DNA from: an uncultured Alphaproteobacteria bacterium | Lineage (GTDB): Bacteria; Pseudomonadota; Alphaproteobacteria; Rhizobiales; Rhodomicrobiaceae | Direction of reading: 5' to 3' | Assembly: GCA_963706665.1 (NCBI GenBank) | Contig: CAVPNP010000026.1 | Coordinates: 4,678 to 68,677 of the forward strand | Length of the DNA: 64,000 nt | In this document: positions 63,056 through 64,000 of the stretch, piece by piece | How the letters are laid out: every line of letters starts with the position of its first letter | Numbering within the stretch: position 1 is the first letter of the stretch | Translations under genes and position numbers: made by a program | The notes under the pieces: model-generated | What the model was told of the DNA's origin: nothing | What the model saw: the letters and a program-made list of their open reading frames with translations, nothing else | Databases searched by the model: none

Positions 63056-64000
63056 ATGCGTACTTATCTCGACTTTGAAAAGCCCATCGCAGAACTTGAG
63101 AGCAAGATTGAGGAGCTGAGCGCCCTCGGCGAGGGGGAAAGCGCTGTCTCAATAAAGGAAGAGATCGCCCGCCTTCGTGAGAAAGCGCAGGCCGCCCTCG
63201 AAGAGACTTATGCAAATCTCGATCCCTGGCAGAAGACGCAGGTCGCGCGGCATCCGGAGCGGCCGCACGCGCTCGACTATATAAAAGAGATCATCACCGA
63301 TTTTACGCTGCTCGCCGGCGACCGCTATTTTGCCGAGGACCTGGCCATAGTTGGCGGTCTTGGCCGTTTCCATGGCCGCACGATTATGATCCTTGGCCAT
63401 GAGAAGGGCGCCGATACACAAGCGCGCTTGCGTCACAATTTCGGAATGGCCAAGCCGGAGGGGTATCGAAAAGCCGTGCGGCTGATGCAAATGGCAGACC
63501 GCTTTGGCGTACCTGTCGTAAGCCTCGTCGATACGGCTGGCGCCTATCCGGGCATCGAGGCCGAAGAGCGTGGCCAGGCAGAGGCCATCGCCCGTTCGAC
63601 AGATTGCTGCCTTGAGCTGACGGTCCCGATGATCTCAATCATCATCGGTGAGGGAGGCTCGGGCGGCGCGGTTGCCGTGGCCTCCGCGAACAAGGTGCTT
63701 ATGCTCGAACACTCCATTTACAGCGTGATCTCTCCTGAAGGGGCAGCGTCGATCCTCTGGCGCGATAGCAGCAAAGCCCGCGACGCAGCCACCAATATGA
63801 AAATTACCGCTCAGGACCTTCTTCAGCTCGGCGTGATCGACGGTATTATCCCCGAACCTGTTGGCGGCGCCCATCGTGATGCACACGCAGCCATTCAAAG
63901 CGTCAGAGAGACTCTTGAGCTTACGCTTCTGGATTTTGACGGTTTGGAAGGAAAGGAAATACGTAGACAAAGACAGGACAAATTCCTCGGAATTGGCAAG
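63056..64000 (+). CDS. accA: Acetyl-CoA carboxylase carboxyltransferase alpha subunit (runs off the window)
   Basis: MRTYLDFEKPI, VARHPERP, NFGMAKPEGYRKA, DTAGAYPG, GEGGSGGA, YSVISPEG; absent from the ORF track because no stop in the window. Confidence 0.95.
   Translation, partial: MRTYLDFEKPIAELESKIEELSALGEGESAVSIKEEIARLREKAQAALEETYANLDPWQKTQVARHPERPHALDYIKEIITDFTLLAGDRYFAEDLAIVGGLGRFHGRTIMILGHEKGADTQARLRHNFGMAKPEGYRKAVRLMQMADRFGVPVVSLVDTAGAYPGIEAEERGQAEAIARSTDCCLELTVPMISIIIGEGGSGGAVAVASANKVLMLEHSIYSVISPEGAASILWRDSSKARDAATNMKITAQDLLQLGVIDGIIPEPVGGAHRDAHAAIQSVRETLELTLLDFDGLEGKEIRRQRQDKFLGIGK

Noticed and set aside
1-64000. tRNA, rRNA, prophage or integrase genes
   Set aside because: None recognised in the window

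Overview
Chromosomal window of an alphaproteobacterium (gene content and style suggest Hyphomicrobiales; this is an inference). Most of it is housekeeping and metabolic genes: phnE x2, a NitT/TauT ABC transporter, hydrolases, S46 peptidase, acyl-CoA synthetase, tag, ygfZ, panE, purD, HU, sorAB, fdh, a TonB receptor operon, pip, putA and accA. The main signal is a complete IS110-family element (about 1807-3036, minus strand) inserted into a REP-like palindrome. Its 5' non-coding end reads as a bridge RNA: all four guide segments match the reconstructed target and donor junctions, and the predicted circle junction creates a TTGAAA-17-TATGTT promoter. An empty copy of the same target lies at 12332-12342. 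Other points of interest: a candidate toxin / HTH antitoxin / third-gene triad (58986-60386) with a palindrome over the first start codon, and a DUF2946 CxxC...RGPP leader gene upstream of a TonB-receptor operon. About a dozen genes, including purD and putA, carry single-base frameshifts, most likely assembly indel errors. All product calls are from motif recognition, not database searches.
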